A stretch of DNA of 64,000 bases from a virus: IMG/VR virus record IMGVR_UViG_3300028840_004168, positions 32,001 through 96,000 of that record, one strand, 5' to 3'. The translations under genes were made by a program, and so were the position numbers. The notes beneath the pieces were generated by a model, which did not search any database, was not told where the DNA came from, and was given only the letters and a program-made list of their open reading frames with translations. Below are positions 55,906 to 63,743 of the stretch, piece by piece (position 1 is the stretch's first letter; each line of letters starts with the position of its first letter).

Positions 55906-56332
55906 AAAAGGTAAAATGGTCAGCGATAAAAGCGAGAGGGAGCTGCACGCATTTGCTAAAAAGATAGGTATAAGTAGAGATTGGTTTAACAAGCCGCCTA
56001 AAGATGTAAGGATACCGACAGCGGCTTCTTACAGGCACTACGATCTCATTACCAAAGCCTTGATGGACAGGGCTATACAGATGGGAGCAGAAGAAGTGCC
56101 GACCAGAGAGCTTATCTATCGTGCGTGGTGGCATAATAAGCACTTGAAATCGACAAGGTGGAAGCTGCGGCAGGTCGCTAGGGAAGCGGCAAAGCAAGTA
56201 AAAATAAACGCTGAAGCAGAAGAAAAATCTGTAATTACAGAAAAAAAATCGGAGAAGAAGAGTGCCAAAAAAGCGAAAAAAGCTAGACCGAGAAAAAAAG
56301 ATAGAGTTGGTAAGAAGGTCAAAAAAGCATAA
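55877..56332 (+). CDS. DUF4031-like protein
   Basis: ELHAFAKKIG..R.WF...HYDL......RAI..GA.EV. Confidence 0.75.
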   Translation: MEQNMILIDEKGKMVSDKSERELHAFAKKIGISRDWFNKPPKDVRIPTAASYRHYDLITKALMDRAIQMGAEEVPTRELIYRAWWHNKHLKSTRWKLRQVAREAAKQVKINAEAEEKSVITEKKSEKKSAKKAKKARPRKKDRVGKKVKKA

Positions 56333-56633
56333 GACCCATGTGATAAACGGCAGCTGGACAATGCTTCTTAATGGGTTTAGGCCAACTATACCTGCATCTA
56401 TAGACTGCAACGACCCTATCATCATGGCTAGAGGACTGGTAGATAATTCTGAATGCAGCATTACTCTATGCAAGGCTGCTATAAGAGTAAAAGACGATAT
56501 AGAATCTTTCACAGGATCACCAGATGAGATCACATGTATGGCATGCAAGAAAATATATTTCAGGCACAGGCATAAAGACTACAATAAATTTTTAATCAGC
56601 ATCAAGAAAAGAAGAAGGGCGATAAGAGTATGA
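56262..56633 (+). CDS. HCCC zinc-finger protein with basic tail
   Basis: THVI...TLCK...ITCMAC; KKRRRAI. Confidence 0.65.
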   Translation: MPKKRKKLDREKKIELVRRSKKHKTHVINGSWTMLLNGFRPTIPASIDCNDPIIMARGLVDNSECSITLCKAAIRVKDDIESFTGSPDEITCMACKKIYFRHRHKDYNKFLISIKKRRRAIRV

Positions 56634-56902
56634 ACCTCAGAAGAAAACTAAGAAGTCTTAGAGAATTTGCTATCTGCAAAGACGGCATCTGGTTTCCATA
56701 TAAAGGAGATGTCATTCTATACGTATTTCCCTGGCGCAGAGATAACTGCGTGTTTGTCAGCGTGCTGTCTGAAGGCGGCTTTACCAGCCTGAAAGAGATA
56801 GACAGGTTCTGGAGCCAGTTTGCAGAGCTCCAAAACAGCGAAGGGCTCACTAGTTTGGAAGATGTAAAAAAAGAATTAGACATAGGAGATGATGATGGAT
56901 AG
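56630..56902 (+). CDS. Hypothetical protein
   Basis: ATGA overlap. Confidence 0.55.
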   Translation: MNLRRKLRSLREFAICKDGIWFPYKGDVILYVFPWRRDNCVFVSVLSEGGFTSLKEIDRFWSQFAELQNSEGLTSLEDVKKELDIGDDDG

Positions 56903-57236
56903 AAAGAAGCCGCACCTTGTTTTTAACGTCCTTATCTCAACTACAGATGGAAGCATGTATTGTGACGCTACCTGCCTGGAGATGGATCTGGTTGACGCTG
57001 GAACTACTAACGACCTTGACGCATTAGCACGAGATATGGCTGACATCATCCAAACACAGCTGCAAGAAACACTGGAAAATGACAATGTCGAGAATGCATA
57101 TAGAGGCGCACCTTTATGGCTATGGTTAAAATGGTCTAAAGCTGGAGCCCCTACTAACAGAATTATAAGAAAGATCATAGCAGACGGCTTGCACATGTTT
57201 GATATAGAAATATTGTTTTATGAGGATCTGGTTTAA
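56889..57236 (+). CDS. HicB-like (N-domain only) protein
   Basis: NVLI...ATCLEMDLVDAG......L...I...L.E.....GAP..LW.KW. Confidence 0.55.
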   Translation: MMMDRKKPHLVFNVLISTTDGSMYCDATCLEMDLVDAGTTNDLDALARDMADIIQTQLQETLENDNVENAYRGAPLWLWLKWSKAGAPTNRIIRKIIADGLHMFDIEILFYEDLV

Positions 57237-57580
57237 TGGTTAAAAAAATAACATTAGAAGACGTAGCTGAAAGCATGCACAAGGTTGACTTCTACAGCCC
57301 TGACAGAATATATAACTGCTTCAAAGGAATGACTGGAGAGTTGCATGTGATAAACTCTGTATTGCCTATGCTCGGCAACAACAGGAGGATAGTAGCCCAT
57401 TGCGGCGTTGAGCAAGAAGTCCATCCGTTATCAGAAGCAGAGATTACTAAAGTAGCAGCTGAGGATGCCACAGTGATATGTAAAATGTGCAGAGACGTAT
57501 GTAAAATATATTTGCAGCCAAAGCATAGACCGCTGACAGTCAGCACCAGAAAGAGAAGAAAGTTCAACTATGGTAAGTAG
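57236..57580 (+). CDS. HCCC zinc-finger protein with basic tail
   Basis: LHVI...AHCG...ICKMC; RKRRKFNYGK. Confidence 0.7.
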   Translation: MVKKITLEDVAESMHKVDFYSPDRIYNCFKGMTGELHVINSVLPMLGNNRRIVAHCGVEQEVHPLSEAEITKVAAEDATVICKMCRDVCKIYLQPKHRPLTVSTRKRRKFNYGK

Positions 57581-57896
57581 ATATTTAAATTCAATAACAG
57601 TGGATATTAAGATGTATTCATGCTTTACGTTTGAAAGAATACATCACATAATCAAGACAGCTGATGCTGATGGGCACGACTCAATTGCACTCAGGGCGTA
57701 TTGTACTGCAGGATGGCTGATAGAAAAAGCGCATGCAGATAAAGTCATAAAAGTAGTCAGCAGCACAGATCCACAGCTATGCCCTCATTGCCTGATGGTA
57801 GCTAATACTAAGATAGAAATAAAAGAATATGATCTGAAAGATATATTTCCACCAGCAAGAAAACGGAGAAGGTTTAACTATGGTAACAACGATTAA
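57570..57896 (+). CDS. HCCC zinc-finger protein with basic tail
   Basis: HHII...AYC...PQLCPHC; RKRRRFNYG. Confidence 0.7.
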   Translation: MVSRYLNSITVDIKMYSCFTFERIHHIIKTADADGHDSIALRAYCTAGWLIEKAHADKVIKVVSSTDPQLCPHCLMVANTKIEIKEYDLKDIFPPARKRRRFNYGNND

Positions 57897-58695
57897 TGAA
57901 TGGGAACATGGGCCTATGTATGACGTATTCTACGAAGATGGACATTATCACGTCATTTCAGAAAGACAAGTAAATGTCGATGATGGTCGCATAGATGAAT
58001 ATATGGTATCAGTATGCGGCAGGCCTCGGCATATTAATCCAGAGATAGATGTAAATAGCCAAACCACCAATATACGCAGAGATCATCCTTCGCTGTGCAC
58101 CGCATGCATGCAGCCTGACAGAATGATATCCAGGCGAATGAAAGAAACTATAAATAAAGTCAACGTTGATCAAGTAATAGATTGCAAGCCGATGGTCAAG
58201 ATGGCACGCATACTCAACCTTTCCGACAGGGAAGTCCTCATATCAGGAGAGGCTGGCCCTGGCGCATCTATGCTTGTCAAGATTCAACCAGACTCTATAG
58301 TTACTCTGTCTATGCACGATTACAACATATGTAAGAAGTCAGATGCCTTACAGGGCATGATACACGAAAGATACGTAGAGATAGATATATGCGACCACTT
58401 CTTTACTTTCAACCTGCCAGAATCTACTCAAAGGCATATAATAGGCACGATAAAAGAATCGAAAGACAGCTATGATGCCAACACCCACAAGCTCGTGCGC
58501 TCTGCAATCTCCATGTGTGAAAATCACTACATGGAAATGAGCTCACAGCTGATAGGAGAGGCATTCAGGCACGTATGGTATAAACATCCAGATCTGTGCT
58601 ACACTTGTAAGGTAATCTATAACAGGTTCCACAAGGGCAGAGAAGAAGTAAGCAGCCGTAAGAAGAAACGCAAATTCAACCAATTCAAAGGATAG
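57880..58695 (+). CDS. Double HCCC zinc-finger protein with central ARILNL domain and basic tail
   Basis: YHVI..VCG..HPSLCTAC; ARILNLS; RHII..SMCE..HPDLCYTC; RKKKRKFNQFKG. Confidence 0.75.
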   Translation: MVTTINEWEHGPMYDVFYEDGHYHVISERQVNVDDGRIDEYMVSVCGRPRHINPEIDVNSQTTNIRRDHPSLCTACMQPDRMISRRMKETINKVNVDQVIDCKPMVKMARILNLSDREVLISGEAGPGASMLVKIQPDSIVTLSMHDYNICKKSDALQGMIHERYVEIDICDHFFTFNLPESTQRHIIGTIKESKDSYDANTHKLVRSAISMCENHYMEMSSQLIGEAFRHVWYKHPDLCYTCKVIYNRFHKGREEVSSRKKKRKFNQFKG

Positions 58696-59227
58696 ACAAA
58701 CTATGTCAAACAAAGACGATGATATAAGACTTATAATTAAAAAAGCCAGGATATTAAGTCTTACTGATTATGCTGTCTATTACAATTCAAATAATGACGT
58801 ATGCCTTCTTAAACTTGAGCGAGATCATCTAGCAATCATAAAAGAAAACAAATATAACGCCCTGTGTATTGAAGCACCACAATTCTCTAATGATATAGCA
58901 AGAGGCGCAGTAGAAGTAGAAGTGTCAGACTACTACTACACTTATTTTCATGATTACGACAAAGAAAAAATAAGACACATTATTAAAAAATTTGTAGATG
59001 TAGAAAAAGATGGCGAGATGCGCAAATTAGCTGTGCCATATTGCAGTGAAGCAAAACCATCAATAAGAGAAGAAAAAAACACATGGAAAAGATTTAAATA
59101 TTCTTACTGGAGACATCCAGATCTATGTGTATTGTGTAATACTGAATTATGGAAAGACAAAGGAATAGCAGAAAAAGATTTTATATTAAAATCAAATAAA
59201 CGCAAATTCAACCAATTCAAAGGATAG
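58666..59227 (+). repeat. Identical 30-bp direct repeat at two consecutive gene ends
   Basis: aaacgcaaattcaaccaattcaaaggatag at 58666..58695 and 59198..59227. Confidence 0.9.
58703..59227 (+). CDS. ARILSL domain + HCCC zinc finger + basic tail
   Basis: ARILSLT; RHII..PYCS..HPDLCVLC; KRKFNQFKG. Confidence 0.75.
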   Translation: MSNKDDDIRLIIKKARILSLTDYAVYYNSNNDVCLLKLERDHLAIIKENKYNALCIEAPQFSNDIARGAVEVEVSDYYYTYFHDYDKEKIRHIIKKFVDVEKDGEMRKLAVPYCSEAKPSIREEKNTWKRFKYSYWRHPDLCVLCNTELWKDKGIAEKDFILKSNKRKFNQFKG

Positions 59228-59230
59228 GCA

Positions 59231-59719
59231 ATGGCACACATCGATTATAAAATGGTAATCTATAAAGAGCCCAACGGCGATATCCAGGGGCATGTGCTGG
59301 AGATGGGCATGTCTACAGCCAATACAGAAAAACCATATAGAGAACTCACAGGAGAAGTGCTGTCACTGCTGATCAACGGCACTATAGAAGCTATAGCCGA
59401 AGAACTTATCAAAAATTTTGATGACCATGCAGAGCAACTAAAAAGAGTAAAAGAGGCTTCAAGCCTGGAAGAAGATCGTCCAGATCACCCTTATATCAAC
59501 CATATCACCAGGAGAACAGATTTTCATTTAGATAGATTCAAGCTCTTCAGCAAAGTAGCGCACAATCCTATAGCTACTATCTATAAGCCTGTAACACACG
59601 ATCTCACAGGAACGTTTCTGATTAGCCTCACAGCTTACAACGGAATACCAGATAATAAAAACATGCCCAAGCCTAAAAGAAGAAAGAGAAATATAAAAGT
59701 TGACAAAGTCAAATTATAA
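59231..59719 (+). CDS. HicB-like protein with basic tail
   Basis: YKMVI...GHVLEMG; PIATIYK; KRRKRNI. Confidence 0.55.
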   Translation: MAHIDYKMVIYKEPNGDIQGHVLEMGMSTANTEKPYRELTGEVLSLLINGTIEAIAEELIKNFDDHAEQLKRVKEASSLEEDRPDHPYINHITRRTDFHLDRFKLFSKVAHNPIATIYKPVTHDLTGTFLISLTAYNGIPDNKNMPKPKRRKRNIKVDKVKL

Positions 59720-59779
59720 GAGGTAAGATATACATGCTCCATCAGACAGATAGACAGACAGAAAAATAAGGAGAAAGAC

Positions 59780-60205
59780 ATGATAGTAAAAATTAAGACA
59801 GACAAAGACCGCTTTTTAATCATCGACAACCTTTCCCATGCAGAATATGATCCAATAGGCTATGTAGCATTTGATGCTGGAGGCAGATGCACCTGCTCAC
59901 CAGATAGCGCATGCCGTGAATGCAGAGGGGCAGCGTTTAAGGTGGGCCATGACATCAACTTGAGCAATGCAAGAGAAGTAGAGAACTCCTTCAGAAAAAT
60001 GTATGCCCATGTAGCGATGCCAAATCTGGATCTATGGCCTTCTGCTGGACATGCAGACAACGACCATGCTCATTATTTTTATAACACTATGTATCTGTTT
60101 AAAAATGATGGCACTGAGATAAGCATCATCTTTGATACAGTGGCATATATCTGTAACGACAACAGCAAGACGCTTGAGAAAGTGGATTGTAGAAATAACT
60201 TTTAA
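59780..60205 (+). CDS. Hypothetical protein
   Basis: AAGGAG SD; CTC..C..C insert. Confidence 0.65.
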   Translation: MIVKIKTDKDRFLIIDNLSHAEYDPIGYVAFDAGGRCTCSPDSACRECRGAAFKVGHDINLSNAREVENSFRKMYAHVAMPNLDLWPSAGHADNDHAHYFYNTMYLFKNDGTEISIIFDTVAYICNDNSKTLEKVDCRNNF

Positions 60206-60254
60206 CCAATAGCTCTAAACTGTCTGGTGGAGCTAAATAACAAAGGAGCCAACA

Positions 60255-60551
60255 ATGAACGAACACGCAGGCCTTATGATCCAAGACCTTAAAGAAAAAA
60301 TAAAACTATTAGAAACTGAAAACAAAGAACTCAAAGAGCACGCCAAAGAAGCCGAAGCAGCCGCACGCACGTACAAGCAAAGATGGCTTGATTCAATGGA
60401 ATCGCTGCAGCACATCGAATACAAAATAGACAAGATGGATGCGTGGCTGACAGGGATGATTGTGCAGAGCGAAACAACAGATAGGCTAAGACCCGATCAC
60501 GCCAAGCTATTCAGAAAAACAAGAACTAAGTTCAAAGAGCTTGGATTATAA
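60255..60551 (+). CDS. Coiled-coil hypothetical protein
   Basis: AAGGAG SD; heptad pattern. Confidence 0.6.
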   Translation: MNEHAGLMIQDLKEKIKLLETENKELKEHAKEAEAAARTYKQRWLDSMESLQHIEYKIDKMDAWLTGMIVQSETTDRLRPDHAKLFRKTRTKFKELGL

Positions 60552-60586
60552 TATGTAATTTCAGAAAAAACAGGAGATATGACTCA

Positions 60587-61069
60587 ATGCTCATTCACTT
60601 CGTCTACAATATAATTATACTTAACGATAAATCAGAATACGCAGCCATCTTCGCACACACTATAGAAACAGGCAGCACTCACACTATCTCATCAGAGCCC
60701 ACAGAGCTCACAGATGAGGTTTTAAGCGCTTTTATCTACCATGTGCCTATACGTATCAAAGAGAGCTTCATACGGTCTGTAAACGGATATTTTGACGCTT
60801 CAGGCGACTTTGATTTAAACGACTGGCAGGCTCAGACTAACCACAGACATCTCGTTGGCTTTACAGGAGAGCTGCATGTAGAAATGTTAAAGACATATTT
60901 AAAGTGCAACCAGCCGCCACTAGCCACAGTCTACAAGACAGCATACCATACCAAGATAGGCGAAGTTAATATGCAGTTCAACTTCCACGACTGCACTAAA
61001 GAAGGGTTTAAAGGAATCAACCCTGCCAGAAGAAAGAAACGCAGAATCAGCTTTGCAAAGGAGAAATAA
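60587..61069 (+). CDS. HicB-like paralog with basic tail
   Basis: YNIII...AHTIETG; PLATVYK (cf. 59231); RRKKRRISF. Confidence 0.55.
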   Translation: MLIHFVYNIIILNDKSEYAAIFAHTIETGSTHTISSEPTELTDEVLSAFIYHVPIRIKESFIRSVNGYFDASGDFDLNDWQAQTNHRHLVGFTGELHVEMLKTYLKCNQPPLATVYKTAYHTKIGEVNMQFNFHDCTKEGFKGINPARRKKRRISFAKEK

Positions 61070-61400
61070 TATGGAAGCGATACAGCAGATCACTTTTACA
61101 GAAGCACTGACAGGCATCGGCATAGCTGTCATGCTCATAGCCGTCCTGGTATTCATAATGGTCAGGACATCATTATCGCTGATGCAGTCAGGAGAAGACG
61201 AACGCAAGCCGCTGTTAAACGTGGTCATATTCGGCTTTGCCATCCTGCTAGGCGTATTCGTCTGTGACAAGGTCATAGCGCTGCATACAGACATCTTGTC
61301 TAAAGAAGAGTCGATAAGTGTTTTTAATTTAATCAAAGACATCAGCCTGATAGTCTTCGGATACTACTTCGGAGTCAGCAACGGCAAAAACAAAGGATAA
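61053..61400 (+). CDS. Three-TM membrane protein (likely ATG 61071)
   Basis: Three hydrophobic segments; IVFGYYFG. Confidence 0.65.
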   Translation: MQRRNNMEAIQQITFTEALTGIGIAVMLIAVLVFIMVRTSLSLMQSGEDERKPLLNVVIFGFAILLGVFVCDKVIALHTDILSKEESISVFNLIKDISLIVFGYYFGVSNGKNKG

Positions 61401-61403
61401 CCA

Positions 61404-61931
61404 ATGCCCGAAAAAGACTATGAACAGCTGAAAGACACGCTCAAACAAGGATTTACCATGAAGGCCAGGATAATGAACATGGCCCACCAGAAGCTCGTAT
61501 ACCGCATAGATGACTCCCACGTAAGCCTGATCATAGAAAAAGATAACATGACAGTCCTGACGATGGACGAATGGTACAAATGGATGAAGCAAGTAGGCTT
61601 TGACGGCGATGTTATGTCAGGCAGGCTCAAGACAGAGATCGTCAAATACTTCTACACATTCAACGTGGCCTACGGCTGCGCCTGCCATATAATCAAATAT
61701 ACAGAGGAACGAGACTACGGCCTCCAGCCCATACCCTACTGTGATGCAGCGATGCACAACACTATATTCCTGGCAAGCATGGGCGATGCACGCCTGCACG
61801 AAGTATACGAAGACAGTCCAGACATCTGCCATGACTGCCTCAAAAAAATAAAGCAAGACCAGGAAATAGAAGTCACAGCAACAAAAAAACTTAAAAAGAA
61901 ACGTTTATTCAACCAGTATAAGGCAAGATAA
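61404..61931 (+). CDS. ARIMNM domain + HCCC zinc finger + basic tail
   Basis: KARIMNMA; CHII..PYCD..SPDICHDC; KKKRLFNQYKAR. Confidence 0.75.
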   Translation: MPEKDYEQLKDTLKQGFTMKARIMNMAHQKLVYRIDDSHVSLIIEKDNMTVLTMDEWYKWMKQVGFDGDVMSGRLKTEIVKYFYTFNVAYGCACHIIKYTEERDYGLQPIPYCDAAMHNTIFLASMGDARLHEVYEDSPDICHDCLKKIKQDQEIEVTATKKLKKKRLFNQYKAR

Positions 61932-63019
61932 ATATGGTAGCATATAGCACTCCAGCATTAAAGCAGAAAAAAGACCTGGCTGAATACCTTAACAGCATAT
62001 ATGTTGTAAAGGCACGTATACTTAACCTTACAGAATTAGGCTATCACTATAAACACGAAGAAGAAGAGATTGAGTTCCCACCAGATTCACTGACGATCTT
62101 AAATTCAGAGCAATGGATGGGCATCACAGCCAATACCAACTTCCTCAATAGAGTCCAAGAAGGCATATTTAAAGTAGACATAGCCAACTACTATATCTGT
62201 GTCAGGTACGCAGAGGGCAAGACATGGCACATAGTCAAAGAAGCCCACCTGACTAATATAGGCGGCTACACGCCTATATGCCTGTGCGATCCAGACAACC
62301 CTGCAGGCATAGTGACATTCCAGGCATCAGCCCATAGCAGGATGAATGAGATATACAGCAAAAACCCAAACCTCTGCCGCATGTGCCACAACATCGCCAG
62401 GGGGATAATACCGGAAGCAGATACAGAAGGCATGCGCATAAAGCCCAAAAGAAAACGTCTATTCAACCAGTATAAGGCAAAATAATGAACATAACCAGAG
62501 TCAAAGAATACATGGAAGAGACTGTTGCCAAGAAGATAAGGATACTTTGCAATACAGCAACACCTATATCTTTCGTATTACATGGCAGATACTGGCATCC
62601 CACATTCAACCCAGGATCTACAATCACAGTCAATATGGAAGAATATAACGCCCTGCTTGCACATGAAACTTTCGTGAGGCTCATAAAAACCAAAGGCCTT
62701 ATCATAGAAGAGGCTGTCTATTATACCTGCTTCAACCCCAATCAAGACTCGAACAGCCTCTGGCATGTCATCAAAGACGTGCAAACGGCAAGCGAGACGT
62801 TGTCTATATATAGACCCAGGCCCCTGTGCAATGAAAAGATGGATCACAATATGAGGGCATCGGAAAAAACGCCTACACAATGGGTCACACGGCTCCAGCA
62901 CAACTGCCCCGACATCTGTATGAAGTGCAGAGTAATCATGGGCAATATCTTAAAAGAAGCCGAAGACAAGCAAACAGACCCACCAGCGGCAGCTCGTAAG
63001 AAACGTTTATTCAACCAGT
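61896..63019 (+). repeat. 22-28 bp direct repeats at three consecutive gene ends
   Basis: aagaaacgtttattcaaccagt at 61896 and 62998; 27/28 match between 61899..61926 and 62453..62480. Confidence 0.85.
61934..62485 (+). CDS. ARILNL domain + HCCC zinc finger + basic tail
   Basis: KARILNLT; WHIV..PICL..NPNLCRMC; KRKRLFNQYKAK. Confidence 0.75.
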   Translation: MVAYSTPALKQKKDLAEYLNSIYVVKARILNLTELGYHYKHEEEEIEFPPDSLTILNSEQWMGITANTNFLNRVQEGIFKVDIANYYICVRYAEGKTWHIVKEAHLTNIGGYTPICLCDPDNPAGIVTFQASAHSRMNEIYSKNPNLCRMCHNIARGIIPEADTEGMRIKPKRKRLFNQYKAK

Positions 63020-63033
63020 TCCTGAAAAGCTAG
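62485..63033 (+). CDS. Paralog with N-domain + HCCC zinc finger + basic tail
   Basis: KIRILCNT; WHVI..PLCN..CPDICMKC; RKKRLFNQFLKS. Confidence 0.75.
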   Translation: MNITRVKEYMEETVAKKIRILCNTATPISFVLHGRYWHPTFNPGSTITVNMEEYNALLAHETFVRLIKTKGLIIEEAVYYTCFNPNQDSNSLWHVIKDVQTASETLSIYRPRPLCNEKMDHNMRASEKTPTQWVTRLQHNCPDICMKCRVIMGNILKEAEDKQTDPPAAARKKRLFNQFLKS

Positions 63034-63115
63034 TTATATCTATTAAGTGGCAAATACTGATGAGCCGCACTTTAAATTAACTGTCATTACAGATTTTATT
63101 TTGCTGATAAGATAA

Positions 63116-63257
63116 TTATACTTGGCTTTCTATTAAATATCTGCATTTTTTACCTAAAAATGTGTTGGAATTCCAGAGGGGAGAGGCAAGTTATACTTGA
63201 CTATCTATTATAATGTCACCATTTTTTACCTAAAAATGTGTTGGAATTCCAGAGGGG
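63116..63257. repeat. Tandem duplication (period ~76 bp) with an identical 38-bp core
   Basis: cattttttacctaaaaatgtgttggaattccagagggg at 63144..63181 and 63220..63257, each preceded by ttatacttg(g/a)ct(t/a)tctatta. Confidence 0.9.
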
Positions 63258-63377
63258 TGTAGCGCAATATAAAAATTTGTATAACACAAAACGGGCTGAT
63301 ATATGCACTTGTATACTCTGTAACCCTCTGAGAATCAGCGATTCCAGGCGGTCTGTATCATCGTCATACAGCCACTT

Positions 63378-63501
63378 TTCAAGTATACCTTGCTTTCTAC
63401 GATTAACAGCGGGTTTGCGAGTGCTTGTAGACACGCTCTATTAGCCTATCTTCAAGTATACCTTGCTATCTGTGATTATAAGCGGATATTCAAGTATACT
63501 T
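63378..63501. repeat. Iteron-like imperfect direct repeats
   Basis: ttcaagtataccttgct(t/a)tct at 63378 and 63451; ttcaagtatactt at 63489. Confidence 0.8.
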
Positions 63502-63508
63502 AGACAAC

Positions 63509-63534
63509 AAAAAAAGCCTATCCGAAGATAGGCT
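63509..63534 (-). terminator. Intrinsic terminator (UUCG loop)
   Basis: Minus strand AGCCTATC-TTCG-GATAGGCT-TTTTTT. Confidence 0.85.
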
Positions 63535-63556
63535 ATATCAGCAGGTTTACAGCTGT

Positions 63557-63667
63557 TTAGCGTGCAAGTGGTTCGATCAATCCATAAAAACATGCGTCTG
63601 ACAATAGGTTAACTGCCTTGAATACCATGTAAGAAATAATTGAATAAGTAAAGATTTGTTTAACCAT
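63557..63667 (-). CDS. 36-aa hydrophobic peptide (not in ORF track)
   Basis: MVKQIFTYSIISYMVFKAVNLLSDACFYGLIEPLAR; AAGGGGG SD; ends just before the terminator. Confidence 0.55.
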   Translation of the reverse strand: MVKQIFTYSIISYMVFKAVNLLSDACFYGLIEPLAR

Positions 63668-63743
63668 TGAAAACCCCCTTGAATAGCGAGTCTTGAGGGA
63701 TAGCCCCAAGACCCGCTGTTAATCAGTGTTTACAGATGTTTAA

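Noticed and set aside
56229-56240. CTGT...ACAG as a LexA SOS box
   Set aside because: The spacer is 4 bp, not the 8 bp of the CTGT-N8-ACAG box, and other copies vary at the T/A position.
52382-63033. Basic tails as true eukaryotic NLS or cyclin RxL motifs implying a eukaryotic host
   Set aside because: Sigma70 promoters, SD sites, intrinsic terminators, an amidase endolysin and HK97-type morphogenesis genes indicate a bacterial host; the resemblance is kept only as an analogy.
63020-63075. CTGATGA (63057) with an upstream GAAA, suggesting a hammerhead ribozyme
   Set aside because: No stem II can form between the bases after CTGATGA and those before GAAA.
63144-63257. Repeat-spacer-repeat of 38/38/38 bp resembling a CRISPR mini-array
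   Set aside because: The apparent spacer is homologous to the sequence before the first repeat (ttatacttg.ct.tctatta), so it is a tandem duplication. There is no third repeat and no cas gene in the window.
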